Below, one piece after another: positions 26,057 to 39,662 of a stretch of 52,600 bases of DNA; position 1 is the stretch's first letter; every line of letters begins with the position of its first letter. The DNA is taken from the NCBI GenBank assembly GCA_049724395.1, contig JAUGWO010000055.1, positions 62,001 to 114,600 of the forward strand, written 5' to 3'. This DNA is from Spongospora subterranea f. sp. subterranea (Eukaryota). The position numbers and the translations under genes are program-made. Below the pieces are notes generated by a model. It was not told where the DNA came from and did no database searches. It saw only the letters and a program-made list of their open reading frames with translations.

Positions 26057-26509
26057 ATGTCGCTCATGGGTGGATCTCTTCTTCTTCTCTCATTATTGTG
26101 CATTGCTGGCTCTGTTGATTCCATTGGGCAGCTCCCGAATGAAATCTGGTTGACCAAACGCTTGTCGGAATTTGGGCGACATTGTTTCGATTATCAGATT
26201 AGGTTGGGCAACATAACATTGATATCATCAGATTCGTTGGAAAAGGCTTTTGGCGATTCTTATAAGCCAGGAAATAAGGTGTGCAAGGAGGTTGCCGACA
26301 TGGGCGATGATGAACTCGTTTTGAGTTCAGAGACCGCCAAGGATCTGATCAAGGATTTCATGTTGACTATCCACGATAAAGATTTCAGAGGCGTCACAGA
26401 CCGAGGGATGCCCCTCGTGATGGCGTTGCTCTTCTACTATCAAACAAAAGACAGTCTACCCATATTCTGGGGCCGCACAGGGAGGCAGTCGTCGGGATCA
26501 AACCAATGA
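26057..26509 (+). CDS. Small secreted protein, unknown family, copy 1 (150 aa, intact; candidate effector)
   Basis: Signal peptide MSLMGGSLLLLSLLCIAGSVDS. Family motifs EF..xC, SDSLE..FG, GNKVC, MALLFYYQTK..L..FWG and GSNQ-stop. Confidence 0.85.
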   Translation: MSLMGGSLLLLSLLCIAGSVDSIGQLPNEIWLTKRLSEFGRHCFDYQIRLGNITLISSDSLEKAFGDSYKPGNKVCKEVADMGDDELVLSSETAKDLIKDFMLTIHDKDFRGVTDRGMPLVMALLFYYQTKDSLPIFWGRTGRQSSGSNQ

Positions 26510-26980
26510 GTATTCCCTGGATCAAGACAAGTCACCAGAAGTGGCGCTTTGACCGAAACCATGTTTTTCATCCCATATTGAATACATTAGGTTTTTGCGA
26601 TCCTATTCCTCAGTAGTTGAACCCAAAAAACGATTCCAAATCCCAACAGTAATATCCAGATCGACAGAGTTTCATAATCGTTCCACTTCAATCGATCATT
26701 GAGTCTATCTCCTAACTGGCAATATCTAAGAACCTAACGCCGCTTTGTGTTAGTGTGTCACCTGTTATGATATTCCCAACAGATCTCAATGACCATAACT
26801 ATCTGGGATTGTGCTGTTAATGGTCTTCTCCCGCTATTGACCAACATGAACGTGATAACCGTTCTCAACAGTGTTAGAACTACCAACCTCTCACTGGCAA
26901 TCAAGTTTGAAGCGGCAATGGCGAACAGTCCATGATCGGATCTGGTATATCACAAGGGACCTGAAATATTGATTGATTAT
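26510..26980 (+). repeat. Conserved 3' flank 'B' of the secreted gene family, copy 1
   Basis: Near-identical to 30792-31197, 40583-41030 (rc), 45505-45950 and 48360-48807 (rc). Confidence 0.92.
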
Positions 26981-28261
26981 ATTCATCAACAACATGAAGG
27001 GAATCGGCAGAAATAACAAAGACGTTTTGTTCTCGAGGCCTCAGCAGATGTCGCATAGCTGATTTCTGTTGACGAATCAGGGTCGTTGACACTCCACCTA
27101 TTACACTCCAATAAAGCGGACTCATCTTGTTGTCGAGATTGGACTACAAAGTTCATAACGACGTCGTTGATCGAGAATATCAAATGACCATCCATGGCTC
27201 AACTGTTTATCGAACACATGAGAATATGACCGCTGTGATTATCGCCAACACAATATGACCTCACAAAACTATTGTAGTCACTATTGTGACAAACTACTGA
27301 TTGGAATAATTCCACATATGGGACTCATATCCGGTGAAATTATTCCCTTTGCACTCGCCGGGCAGATCATGTCCTCGAACGGACGATTGGAGAGAATTGT
27401 GTATGATATTGCGATATTGGAAAATCAAGTGTTCGGCAACGATTGTTCATTATAAGGGTGAGGGATGGTGTTGTAGGCGGTGGCGTCAACAGGAATGCGT
27501 TGGGCGCTATTGAGGAACGGCCGTCTGGCCGGGCTCGCCACAATACAGACACACTAACAGAACCTGGTAGTGTCACCTGTCCAATTTGGACTCAGAAAGC
27601 GGTCGTCGGCGACCACCAAATGCATTGACCGTTTGCGTCTCCAACAAATGAATTACAAGCGATTGGGGCTAGAGTCGGTCGATTTGCAGAAAAACGGTGT
27701 CATGGCCTCGTGGGATAAGAGACGTTGGCGATGTTGGATGGCCTGTTCGAGGAGTGGGGGAGTCTGCAATCAGCTGCCGGAGTCGTGATCGCCCTCGCCC
27801 AACTGCTGAACCGGACGTGCCCTCGAGCCGCCGCCGACCCGAGTGCAGCCCTGACGAAGCGTCGTGCACATGATTCCAGCGGCGATCTTCGCTCGATTTG
27901 AGATCTCGAATGGCAGGAGGAGAAACTGTCAGAAGGGGTTGCGAAACTCTTCAAAACGTTTGGATCCAGGGCTTGGTTGAGCCAATTTCCTATTCGTCAA
28001 ACTGGCGACCACGAGATTTTGAAAGCTTTCGGTGACATTTGTGATGCGTCGATGTTGAATAACGAGCGAACCTGGTGCTATAACACCAAGCGTTAACCCG
28101 CTGTTTTCGCAATTGAGCAGTTCGGGTAATGGAACTCTAATTATCGAATCGGCGCCTAAAGGTACTGTGCCGTTGTTGTTGTTGTTGGAAGCGAAGCGGT
28201 TTGAACTGTCGTCTGCAGCTGTTGAACTGAACAGGGGTTGTCTGGGAAGTTGAACCATAAT

Positions 28262-28470
28262 CGTGTGGGAATATATTCAATATATCATGAGGAGGGCGAA
28301 TATTGGTCCATGAACACAGGGATCGGTTCAGAGTATATTCAGGTGTTTTGAATGCGTATACAGACCACCAGACGTTAACGATAATGCGACCAATCAATGT
28401 CAACAATAATCACAGGGGATCTGAACTCAAAAGATAAACGATTTGGAAAAATTCCCGAAGAGCACCACGA
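28262..28470 (+). mobile_element. Fragment of an APE/EEP endonuclease from a non-LTR (LINE) retrotransposon
   Basis: GGRILVH, VYRPP and IITGDLNSK..RFG occur in the expected order, across frameshifts. Confidence 0.6.
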
Positions 28471-28879
28471 ATACGATGAAATGAAGCGAATCCCTTTGCT
28501 ACATTGTCATACAGAGTTTTCGTTTTTTATAAATTCATCTTCAAACATCTTGTTTTGTTTGCAAAATCTTTGGCGTACCGGGCCCAAGCATCTACGATGA
28601 ATCAGAACGTGGAAGCGGGGCCTGATGATAGGAAAGACCCTAAATGTCCAATGCTTACCAATGCTGAGCGTTGCAGAGCATCTGAACGATCATGACCAAC
28701 GCCCAAACTGGCCACCCTGTCAGGTGCCTTCTCCGCTGTTGCAGATTAAGCTCAAGGTCCACCAGAGGAAAGCCCATGTTTTTATTGTGCCATTGATTCT
28801 GACAATCCATACGGGACAGAGGGAGTACTCACTACTGTCGCTTCCCAGTTCTAGAGTCGAGTAGTCTTCAACGTCATTG

Positions 28880-29590
28880 ATTCACCAAACCACTCAGTCA
28901 TTCTGGGGATTTCTTGGCTGTCATTTCACAATCCTGATATCGATTGGTCTATTGAGGTAGCCTTAAATCCACGTTCCGAGCTCAAAGTCCCACCAATTTC
29001 CGTCGAAACTGAGCCCGAAATTTGTATTTGCACCGTCAATGCGGAGAATTTTCTTGCAACATCCCAAGAAAATGACGAATGCTACTCTATCCAGTTTAAA
29101 AACGCCTTAACCCCCAGCCTGCCATGCCTCACGTTTTGGCGACACTTTCCGAAAAAAGTATATCGACTTTACTAGTGTGTTCGATATACGACAAGCAGAA
29201 CAACTTCCGCCATATCGCCCGTACGATTGTTGCATCGATTTGAAACCAGGTACTGAGCCACCGTTCGGTCGACTTTATGGCCTCTCTCCCAAAGAACAAC
29301 AGGAAGCGCTTAAGAAATATATTCAGGACAATCTCTCCCGTAGGTTCATCCGCGCTCCAGTCCTTTTTGTCAAGAAAAAAGACGGCTCTCTACGCCAATG
29401 CATCGACTAACGGAAATTGAATGCCATTACTATCAAGAACCGCTATCCACGTCCCCGCGTCAATCAAATGTTGGCACAGCTTAGCTCCGCTCGATGGTTT
29501 TCCAAATTTGGTCTGTATGGGGCATACAACCACGTCCGGATTCGGAAGGGCGACGAATGGAAAATCGCGTTTCGCACATCGCATGGCTGA
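28880..29590 (+). mobile_element. Ty3/Gypsy (Tf2-like) pol fragment: protease end and RT N-terminus, decayed
   Basis: VILGISWLSFHNPDIDWS, LPPYRPYDCCIDLKPG...[30 protein letters not shown] and GAYNHVRIRKGDEWKIAFRT. Confidence 0.92.
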
Positions 29591-29772
29591 TGGCGTCACA
29601 CACGGTCGGGTAATTCGAATCGTGAAATGACATCAATGTGTGGTCGAACTGGATCTGTCAGACCCCAACTCAATCGTCTGATGGGTTTTGAATCGCCCCG
29701 TTAAGGGTCTTGGCCACACAATGGTGTGAACCTGGTCACATTCTAATTACCAAAACGGCTTATCGATGAGAG

Positions 29773-30370
29773 CGAGGTCACCTGACATCCCACGAATGAG
29801 GCCAGGGCCATGTACTCGCGGGGCAGAATAGCTCATCGAACGGGCGGTTGGAGAGAACTGTGGATGATATCGCGATGTTGGATAACTTCGTGGTCGGCAA
29901 TAATAGTTCCCCCAACAAGGGCTAGAACCAACAATGGTGACAGGATTCAATCTTGAGAAAGGGCATCGGAGACCGTCCATTATCACACCTTGTATTGTCA
30001 ATCAACCCAGGTGAACTAGATATACCGAGGTTCGTTTAAAAGTTTTCAAGGGGCTAACAGTTGGGTCAATCAATTGATTCAGCGGGACTATTCTCTTCGA
30101 AAACGCCAACTCGGGGAGAGCAATGTTGAAGGTTTCGGTCGAGGGTTTCGGCACTCTGTCTATTGTTATTTTACTGATCTGCTGTTGGAGTAAATCTATA
30201 TATAGAACATGGTCAGACTGGTTTTTGTCTGTTCCTCAAATATCTCACACTTATCTCACAATGGTCGTCCCACTTGATACAGTCCCATATTTGTCCGATG
30301 CGGTGTCCGACAACGGGTCCGGTCAAAACACCTTCATAACGATATCAATATCAATAGCAATCAGTATCAA
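29773..30370 (+). promoter_or_regulatory. Upstream region 'C' of secreted gene copy 2
   Basis: Homologous to 25352-25807 (rc) and 25825-26056. Contains CTATATATAG. Confidence 0.6.
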
Positions 30371-30791
30371 ATGTCGCTCATCGGTGGGTCTCTTCTTCTT
30401 CTCTCATTATTGTGCATTGCTGGCTCTGTTGATTCCAGTGGGCAGTCCCCGAATACCCAACGTTTTTCGGAATTTAAGCAACAGTGTATTGAGATTAAGT
30501 TCGGCAGAATACAACCGATATCATCAGATTCGTTGGAAACGACTTTTGGAGGTTTTTATAAGCTAGGGAATAAAGTGTGCAATGAGGTTGCCAAGGACGG
30601 GCGATGGTGAACTCGTTTTGACTTCACAGACCGCCAAGAATCTGATCACGGATTTCATGTTGACTCTCAGCGGCAATGAGGACCAATGGATCCCCCGCTA
30701 CATGGCGTCGCTCTTCTACCATCAAACAAAAGCCAGTCTCAAAGAATTCTGGGACGGCAGCAAGGGAGAGTCGTCGGGATCAAACCAATGA
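30371..30791 (+). CDS. Small secreted protein family, copy 2 (1-nt frameshift at ~30599-30601, error or pseudogene)
   Basis: MSLIGGSLLLLSLLCIAGSVDS...FSEFKQQC...GNKVC. Removing one G joins it to DGELVLTS...MASLFYHQTK...FWDG...GSNQ-stop. Confidence 0.82.
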
Positions 30792-31197
30792 GTATTCCCT
30801 GGATCAAGACAGTCACCAGAAGTGGCGCTTTTCACCAATACCCGGTTTTCATCCCATATTGAATACATCAGGTTTTTATGATCCTATTCCTCAGTAGTTG
30901 AACTCAGAAAAACGATTCCAAATCCCAACAGTAATATCCAGATCGACAGAGTTTCATCATCGTTCCACTTCAATCGATCATTCAGTCTATCTCCTATCTG
31001 GCAATATCTAAGAACCTAACGCCGCTTTGTGTTAGTGTGTCACCTGTTATGATATTCCCAACAGATCTCAATGACCATAACTATCTGGGATTGTGCTGTT
31101 AATGGTCTTCTCCCGCTATTGACCAACATGAACGTGATAACCGTTCTCAACAGTGTCAGAACTACCGACCTCTCACTGGCCATCAAGTTTGAAGCGG
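30792..31197 (+). repeat. Conserved 3' flank 'B', copy 2
   Basis: Near-identical to 26510-26915. Confidence 0.92.
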
Positions 31198-31255
31198 GTC
31201 GTTTTCGTTTAAAGAGTACAATAGGTTCGGTAGACAAGTGTGTTTCAAATGGCGA

Positions 31256-32395
31256 GTGAACTTTGATTCCTTGTTAATGTGATTAGCCCACACCGGCGCT
31301 GCAGTTCATTCGGCGACAACGACGACGATATCCACCTGGTAGATCCTCCGTCTGTAAATGGCGCTCAATGGTGTTCGGGGTTCGAGAACTTCTTCCTAAA
31401 CCTCATTAGGGAGTTACTCTCAATTAGCTGCTCGACCTGACCAATACAATCGTCGAGTTCGTCTGGAAAGAGCCGCACCTCTGTCACCAATACTGGCACA
31501 TTTCCCCCCAAACAGATCATGTCTGTTAGGGATTCACCACTACGACGACTTATGATCTCATCACACAATTCAAGATAAGGTCATTGCGTCCTGTTGCAGT
31601 TCAGTCGCGAAAGATTATTCCGCCAGAAGGAATTTATCCAACGCCATAACACGGAATAACCCTCTATTGCTTTTTGTTCGATGACGACAAAATTTGCAGT
31701 TTTCACAAGTTGAGAAAATTTCGGATTCGATCACACGATTGTCTGTCAATTATGTGTAAATGAGGGCAAAATCCATCAGGAACACAATTTTCGAAATGAT
31801 TGAGTTGATGAGACAGGTGACGCTATACGATGCCAAATCGGTTGACCAATATAGATCTGAAGAATATGACAATCGAATGGTCTGCTGAAGGTCAAGGAAC
31901 ACGTTCAACAATATTAATAAAATATCGTCTTTTAGACTAAGGACATTAACATAATTGTAAAACCACCCTTTGTTTGGTTTCGTCATGAAACGAACGCCAT
32001 CGTGAATAACGTCCTTTGGCTTTGATGATTTGACGATGTGTGGCTTAGCCAAAATGGTGAGGAACGACGTTTCCTTTTCAACTCACACATAGAAGACCCA
32101 TCTCGACAAAACTGTGGATCAATGTTTGAGCAGCTGAACCAAGAAAACAAATTTGATATCGCCATCCTTGTTCGTTCGGAAATCTTATGCCCTGAGATAT
32201 CAAAGTTGAGCATTGATGCCGATGTGCAATCGAAGACATTGTGTCTGGGACCCAGATACGATGGCAATGTGAGTATTTCTCCACAGTGACCAGGAACTAT
32301 TGAAAACGTCGAGCGAATCTCTACTGATAATGTCTTCCATCGCTTCACTATTGCACGACGCGAATATCATTACCTCAAACCTTTCATCGGATATC
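31256..32395 (-). repeat. Repeat 'A' copy 2 (longest copy)
   Basis: Matches 24620-25318, 39862-40430, 45955-46997 (rc) and 47355-48356. Confidence 0.88.
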
Positions 32396-33099
32396 AAGTT
32401 CGGCTGAATCGGTAGAAGTTGACGTCGAACACGCGCGCGAAATCACAATTTTCGAAAGCGAGATCATTATCGTCCGACACAAAAAGTCCAAGCCGTTACG
32501 GAAAGAACACATCGGTGAAGGCGCTGTTTGGCAAAGCAGATGCTCGGAAGGCAGGCACTAAGAAACCAAAAACTCGACAAGCGAAGAACTCTTTGGGTCC
32601 CTAGTGGAGCGGTATGCCTCGGCAGCAGATCCCGCCGCTCTCGAGGATACAATTCTCCACAAGCTTGAATGCTCTCTACCTTTCCCCAATAAATCTCTTG
32701 CAGAATATGTTTCTCGGTTTGAGCAGTACTATCATTACCCACCCACATTTTACCCACCCACTCAATCACATCAGCGAATGAACCCTCGGATGGTCTCATT
32801 TCCAGTTGTAAATCCTCAACAAAGTTAGACTTCGCCTGGAAGCCACGTTTGAAAACGGTGCTCCAATGAGACCTAAACGTGTGCGCGAGCTGATGATGCG
32901 AATGTTCGAGTCCACGGTGCCATCATCATCGTCTCCAGCGTCCCAACGGCCTAAGGCAGTATCATCGTTGCCGGTCACCGTCGCCGAGATTCGAGTGACC
33001 ATCGCACACTTCAGAGGCAGCATCATCGTCGCCGGCCGCGGTACCACCCCATCAAATCAAATCGTCACCAGAGTATCCTAATGGCAACGTTCGCTATCA

Positions 33100-34600
33100 G
33101 ATCAATATTCCACCTGGGTTTTCCTCTTGCAAATGCCGAGTTGTGTGGCTGGGCGATGTTAGTGTATGGCGCGAAATTATTCCAAGAATGGGATCACACA
33201 TCACAAGGCGTGTCTGGGCAACCACCAATGCCCTGTGCAATTGTGTCCCTATTCTGAGCGTCCTCGCGTCCCAATGGACACCAAACATAAATCATCGCTC
33301 TCTCTCTCCCGTCAAACACGATCTGTCCAACGCCCGGCGAAACCTGGTACGTCATATCGCGTGTGAAGCGACATTGAAAACGACCCAGAGGGGCTGACGT
33401 CATTGACCTGGACCATACCGGTGTGCATTCGCATCGCAAACCCATCCCCATTACCGCCGATATCAGTGCACAGCTGCGCTTCTCGCAAGTTGTCCTCACC
33501 GCCCCCGAGGCGACTCCGAAAAGTCTCCAGATCGGCACCGCAACGCGTCCATCGATGAGCTCGATTCAACCAGCGTTCAACAATTTGAGTCGCCTGTCAT
33601 ACCAACGACATAAGATATTGAAATCCACTCAGCCCACTTCTTTGATTGGAATTGTCGCTGCATTTGAGCCCCGTGTCGGCGTAAAGATTATTGTGATCAC
33701 CAGCATTGCGGCTGACGACGGACACACAAGTTTGATGACGCCACTTCAGCAGCAACGATTGCGGGAGAATTATTCGTCATTCCAGACAGACACCATAGAG
33801 GGGTTTCTGATCGACGTCCATTGCCCTGCTGCCAATGTCACCATGACGTCGGGGTTCTGTGCGGTCATTGATCGGAACATCCCGTTTCGCATTGCGCTGC
33901 TGATGGGCAAAACTGCCGCTCATTATGCAGCGCACGTTGGCAGTTTGTTTCGACACATGGAGATGCCGACCGATTTAGATCGGTGGTACGATATATTTCC
34001 GGGCAATACTTGCGATTTTTGGGATGCCGAGCGTGCTGGGTTCGAGCTCGCGTTGCGCAAGCATTGCAGTGTTCCTGCTGAAAGTCCTATAATGATGGAG
34101 ACATTTTACCGATGCTTCTCGGTACATATCAAACGGACGCTATCTCGAGTCAGCCGGAACGGAGCTCTCGTCAAGCCAGAAAAGCAAAGACATTTTTATA
34201 ATTCGGCGTGTCAACTGCTGACAATTGAAGACGCAGAAAAGATGGCTTCAATAGCTAGGGGAGAATTCATTTTCGCATCCATGGCAGCAAATAAAGGCAA
34301 CGTTTTAATTAGCGAGGACCACCAACGCCCAGCAATGCATTGGAGGCGACTTTCAATCCACAGCCCCCAAAGCAAAAGTCTCTATCAAGCCGTCTCAAAA
34401 TGTCGGCTGTTAATTCAAACCACGTGTGGGAAAAGGAATGGTTTCTCTAGGAGTTCGAATAGAATGCAGCAAGGATGTACTGCTTCTCGTCCAGTCAAAT
34501 CGTATTCGGTAGCAAAGGGATCGGGGCCAACTGCAAAAGGGTGATAGTTGCGCATGATAACTTCTGAATCGTTCGAAACCCTCTGCACCGGTAAGTAGGG
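33100..34600 (+). mobile_element. Decayed Mutator-like (MULE) transposase with an N-terminal GCM-like zinc domain
   Basis: GCM-like part: CGWAM, KACLGNHQCPVQLCPYSERP, HIACEA, HTGVHSHRKP. MULE-like core: FQTDTIE, CDFWDAERAGF, YRCFSVHIKR, RTTNAQ. Several frameshifts. Confidence 0.68.
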
Positions 34601-35440
34601 AACGGTGTCAAATCGTCAGGTTCCTCGTTCAATTGGTGTAGGAAACCTGTTTTGAGAATGGATGCCCCATCAGGTACAGAGGAATGAAGTGAAGCGGTGT
34701 GCGTTGTTGCCCTATCGCAACCACCGTCCAGCTGCTCAGGGTTTGGATGAATCGAATGCTTCTTGACTGCGCGTGCACATCGATGTTTCTATCCAGTCCA
34801 ACGTTTGACCTTGGGGACCACCTCAACAATGTCGAGAAAGCGGACTTGAAAGTCAGTAATAAACGATGACATCCAGCAGGGCACGGTCCAGGTAGAATTG
34901 GCGCTGTCTCTGGCGTTGAATCAATTCAGAATGGAGCTGCACCCTTGTCGCGATGTCAAACGTGAGAAGAGTTGGCTCGCCGTATTGTCAAATAGGAAGC
35001 CGGTTCTGTCGATTAGAAGTTCGTCGGTGTTTAAATCGACTCCGTCTCTCGGTATTAACATCGTGAACTCCACTTTTGCGGAGGAAAGCAGTCCATGCAA
35101 AAAAAAAATCGAATGCAATGCCGGTCGGCAGCGCGTTCCTGTCTGGGAGGTTTTGAGACGCACCTCTGGCACCGTTTCGACAATATCCTCAAACTGAATT
35201 TCTGATGTCAGATTTTCACGAATGGGAAGTAGGCGGTGGTGCGAATGGTGAGCGGAATGGTGAAAGCAATAAATACCTGTGCTGGTTCGTTTCGGGTGCT
35301 GCGCTACGCGCGTCAAGATGTTGAGACGCCTCCCTCCTGGCATTAGTAGTAAGAATTGAGACGATACCAAAATTAATCTGTATAACTGTTATTTTCCTCT
35401 CCTCATCGGTTGAATCAATCGTGGTGATTCGATATGTTCG

Positions 35441-35970
35441 ATGGTTTATTTAGCGGTGATGGCTCAACCGGATATGCCTGAGGCGGTGAATTCAGTAGCA
35501 ACGTTCGTCGAAGCGCCAGCACGTGAAGCATATACTACAATACGTAAAATTAACTATCAATCACGGCAGCATCACATTTGGAAAGCGAATGGAATGGAGG
35601 ATGATTGCGAGTCAACTGGATGATCGGCGCTCAACGTCCGGTACGTTGGTGATGCTAAACGGAGGAGTTGTATCATACAGAAAAAAAATGTGTGTGGCGT
35701 TGTCATCGCCCGAGGCAGAGTACATGGCTGCATCAGGAGCAGCAAAGTGGTATTTTGGGTTCGCAATCGAGCAGGCGAGTTGCCAGGTGCTTCATTGGGA
35801 GAAGGGCCAGCGGTGCTGTTCCAATCACGGTTGTATCGCGATGATGTCCGATGCTTCTGCAGGAAAACACTGTCCAAGCACTTCGACGTCCAATATCACT
35901 ACGTGCGTGATCTGGTACGAAAGTGAATCATTGTTTTCCAGTATGAACCGACAAAGGATATGCTAGCTAT
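35441..35970 (+). mobile_element. Ty1/Copia RT C-terminus and RNase H fragment
   Basis: YLAVMAQPDMPEAVN, DDRRSTSGTLVMLNGGVVS, CVALSSPEAEYMAAS and KHFDVQYHYVRD. Confidence 0.9.
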
Positions 35971-36969
35971 GACAGACAAGAAACCTTCGGCAAAATCCGT
36001 TTTCATCGTTGAAGAGTTGTTGAGATATACTGAACATGAACTCGAAAATTTCTGCGGCCCGTCATGTACGAGTGGCATTTAGATTCTTATGACGACGTCC
36101 GAGAGTCCAATGACGACGTCCGATTGTCCAAATTAAACCGCCAACGCCACAGTTGTTTGTCTGAAAATGACCTTTGTAACTATCCTACTTGACCGCAACG
36201 CTTGGTGATCGTGAATCCAATCAACGCGTTGAAACGGGCAAGTTATCGTGAGGTGACGTCATTAGAAAAGGTCCAGCTTCAATCACGCCGCTACAGTACA
36301 ATTACAGTCTGATAAATCGGAAAGAGCCGATATGAATGGGGCGGGGCAGCGTTTGTCTGAACATTTCTGCACGAAGATCATGGGGAGAAATCAATACTGA
36401 AACATTGGCGAGGCCGAATATATTACTGACCCAGATATCGAAGAATGCTGGGTAGGAAAGCAGATTTGTGTAATGGAATTCGAGATCTTCCGGTCGAATG
36501 GCGTGATCGAGCGGGATAATTGACTTCTTGTGGATATCGCGGCGTAGAGCTTTCCTCATATCGAACGCGTCTTCGTCACCACTATAGTACCTCGTCACGA
36601 TCTGGAACATCGACACGGTTTCCGAAATGGAGCAAATTCCCTGCTCGGGAGCTGGGAATTTGGGCCCATATCGTGGAAACGAGACTGGGCGTATTTATTT
36701 TTAAAAGTGACATCGACGAGGCGAGCATGAAGCGCGGGAAGTGTTGAAAGATCGGGAGACGGAGAAGGGAGAGTAGCGGCGGCGCTATGGACGAAAGCGC
36801 GAGGGGTAAGACCAGGAGCGAGAACTGGAGAGGATCCAACGACAGGAAAGGGTTCGAGGTCAGGATTAGGAACTAGGTCTAGGACTCAGCCAGAGACAAA
36901 AGCAAAATTAGGAACTAGAATTGGACTAGGAGAGTGATCTCGAACTGAACCAGAAACAGGAACGGGATC

Positions 36970-39662
36970 AGGAACCTAAACGGGAGCTGGAAAAGCTTCG
37001 GGAGAAAATTATAGGACTAACTCTGAGGCGTGGTGAGACAACCTCAAGATCATACCGACACGAAAGGGCATCGGCTTTGCCGTTGTCGGGCGATAACAAA
37101 AATTGAGGTTGAGACGTGTCAAGAACAGGGATTATCGGGATTGACGACTGGATAAGGACTTCATCGTAGGGAATAGCGGAGCGACTCATGATCAGTAATG
37201 ACCAGGATTGGATGAAACGCACCTTCCAGATAATGCCTCAAAGTAGTACAAGCGGTCTTGATTGCAAATAGTTCTTTATCGCCAATGTCGTACCTTGGTT
37301 AAGAGAACTAGAGTAAAAGCAGCAGAATGTAGAACGCCTTCTGCATCAAACTGCGATGAAATTGCGCCAAAAGCAAAATTTGTCGCATCGGTGTCGAGGG
37401 TGAATGGATTCGAGGGGTCTTCGTGCACCAAGATTGGAGCGGAAATGAAAGCTTGTTTCAAAGTCATGAATGCGTCTCCCTGTTCGCCTTTGCACTTGTA
37501 AACCGCATTCTTGCGAGTTAAAAGGGTCAACTGTCGCCACGATTGTGGAGAAATTCTGGATGAACCGACGGTAAAAGTTGGCGAACCCTAGAAACGACTT
37601 CACAGATCTAACACTGATGAGATCAGGCCAATCAATAACGGCTTGGACTTTGGATGGGCCCATGGACACACCAGACGAGGACACAATATAGCCTAATAAC
37701 TCGGTCTGGCATTCGCCCTTTTCCAACTTGGGGCACAAAGAGTGTAATCGTGTAAGATTTGTACAACTTGACGCACGTGGGTTTCATGTGCAGAAACGTC
37801 CTCTGAAAAGATTAAAATAGAAGCTGGTCGAGCAGTTGGTTGATGAGCGGAAGCGGATATCGATTCTTGATCGTGATGGCGTTCAGGCGACGATAGTCAA
37901 TACAGAGACGTCAACTTCCATCCTTCTAACGGACGAACAGAACCGGAGCACCAGCAGGAGAAGTAGATTCTGTAATTTTCGACAGATTCTCGTCTATATA
38001 TTCTCGTGAGGCCTTGGTTTCGAGCTCGTTCAAAGAGTAGATGGGACCGAACTGAGGGGATTTGCCAAGCTCTAGATCGATCGCACAATCATACTGCGGG
38101 TGATGAGGGAGTTTGTCTTGAGATAGACTTGGCGAATACGTCGGAAAATCGCTGTACTAGTATGGCAACTTCACCTCATTCTTGTGGGGCTCAAAGACGA
38201 CGTCGACGGGGAAAGACTCGATGGAAGTTGTTTCGGAGACTGAGCTGTCGGTGACGCCAATCATTGCCTGGGGTTGTGCTTGGTTAGCCAAAGGGGGAAC
38301 CCAACACCATGGTTTGCCGCTTCATGTCAATGGCGTAGAAGCGGGTGTGTTCGCGACCAATACAAGTCTCTAATTTACCAGGATTGGTACAATAGGTGAT
38401 GTCTCCAGTCTTCAGTCCCGAACCGTCGATAGTCTTGACCGGGATCGACTCGGTGACCTTCTTGAGAGGGATGCCTAACACTTCAGCATGATGGCGATCA
38501 ATGAAAGAGGAGGATGCTCCAGAGACGACTTGGGCAATAACGTGTTCTCCGTTGATTAGGACTTAAATCTGTAGGAAGTGGAGATTGAGAGGCGGTACAG
38601 TATTGACAGAATAGGCAGTATTTAACACAAGATGGGTCTAATGACATGGGGACAGGAGGAGGAACAGGAAGAGCAGATTAGTTATAGGACTGAACCGGGA
38701 CTGGAATAATTTCAAGGTGGTACGATTATATCAGCATCAATAAGATTGCGGGCCGGCTCGTTTCCCGACTTGAATGGGCAATAGTCCTTTCGATGGCCAG
38801 GTCGTCCGCAATAAAGGCATAGGTCGTTCTCCAACCGACACTTCCTTTCTTCAACGTATATCGATCTACGACGGGTTGACGTCGAAGTTGTGTCCAGCAC
38901 CATAGGATCGTCGAAATTCTTGTTGGCGGAAGGTGCGTATGGGATTCTCAGGCGACGACTGCGTTCGACTTGACGCTCGCGAATGCGGGCATCGATCAGA
39001 ATGCATTGCCCGATGAACTTCTTCAAATCAGTCTCAGCTGTACAATGGATCAACACACCCAAAATCGCGTCGGCGAGGCCAGCTCGGAACCGATAAACTT
39101 GAGCATTGTTGTCGAAGTCAGCGTCCATGACGATCCTTCAAAATTGAGCAGCATAAACGACAGCAGATCGACGACCTTGGCGAAGCTGAGTTAGCTTTAT
39201 AACTGCGGTTTTTGCCCGATGCAGACCTTCGAACATTTCTGTGAATTTTCCTTCGAATTTGTGCCACGAAGAGAGCACTGGGTCGGTGTGTCCCAGATAA
39301 GGTGTTATTCAGTCGAGGGCGACTCCCCGAAGCAATGAAGCGACCAATCCTATCTTGACCGTGTCGGTTGGGAAGCGGTCCGGTGAGATCGTGAATTGGA
39401 GTTTCACACTATTTATGGATTGACGTCGTTGGCCATCGTGTTTTCTGAAAGTGGGAGCTTTGGCCCTGCAAGTGAACGAGGAGCGGAACCCATCATGACT
39501 TCTTCCGGTTTTTCTGTAGTCAAAACACGAATCATTTCAGCTAGTTCTGCGTTCCGCTCCATCAATTGCGATCTGTACTGATCCAAAGAGGTAAGTCGAC
39601 CATAGAGATCTCGCATTACCTCTTCCAGATGCGCCGGATTAGACGAACCAAAGTTTTCCATT
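36970..39662 (-). mobile_element. Decayed Ty3/Gypsy retrotransposon (gag with zinc knuckle, protease, RT, RNase H); integrase and LTRs not seen
   Basis: Gag FRAGLADAI...CLYCGRPGHRKDYC, protease-like SGASSSFID and [29 protein letters not shown] and LLGYIVS...VKSFLGFANFYRRFIQNFS, RNase H APILVH...LDTDATNFAFGAI, and NGKADALS. Confidence 0.92.

Noticed and set aside
27255..28258. Protein-coding genes (for example 27929-28258 minus)
   Set aside because: No recognisable domain and surrounded by TE debris. Cannot be supported without expression or homology data.
28575..28605. AQASTMN peptide shared with the B' translation at ~42300
   Set aside because: The match is only 7 residues with no extended alignment, so it may be chance.
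26510..31197. B repeats as LTRs of the Gypsy fragment lying between them
   Set aside because: No TG...CA termini, PBS or PPT were seen, and B tracks the secreted genes at all loci rather than the retroelement.
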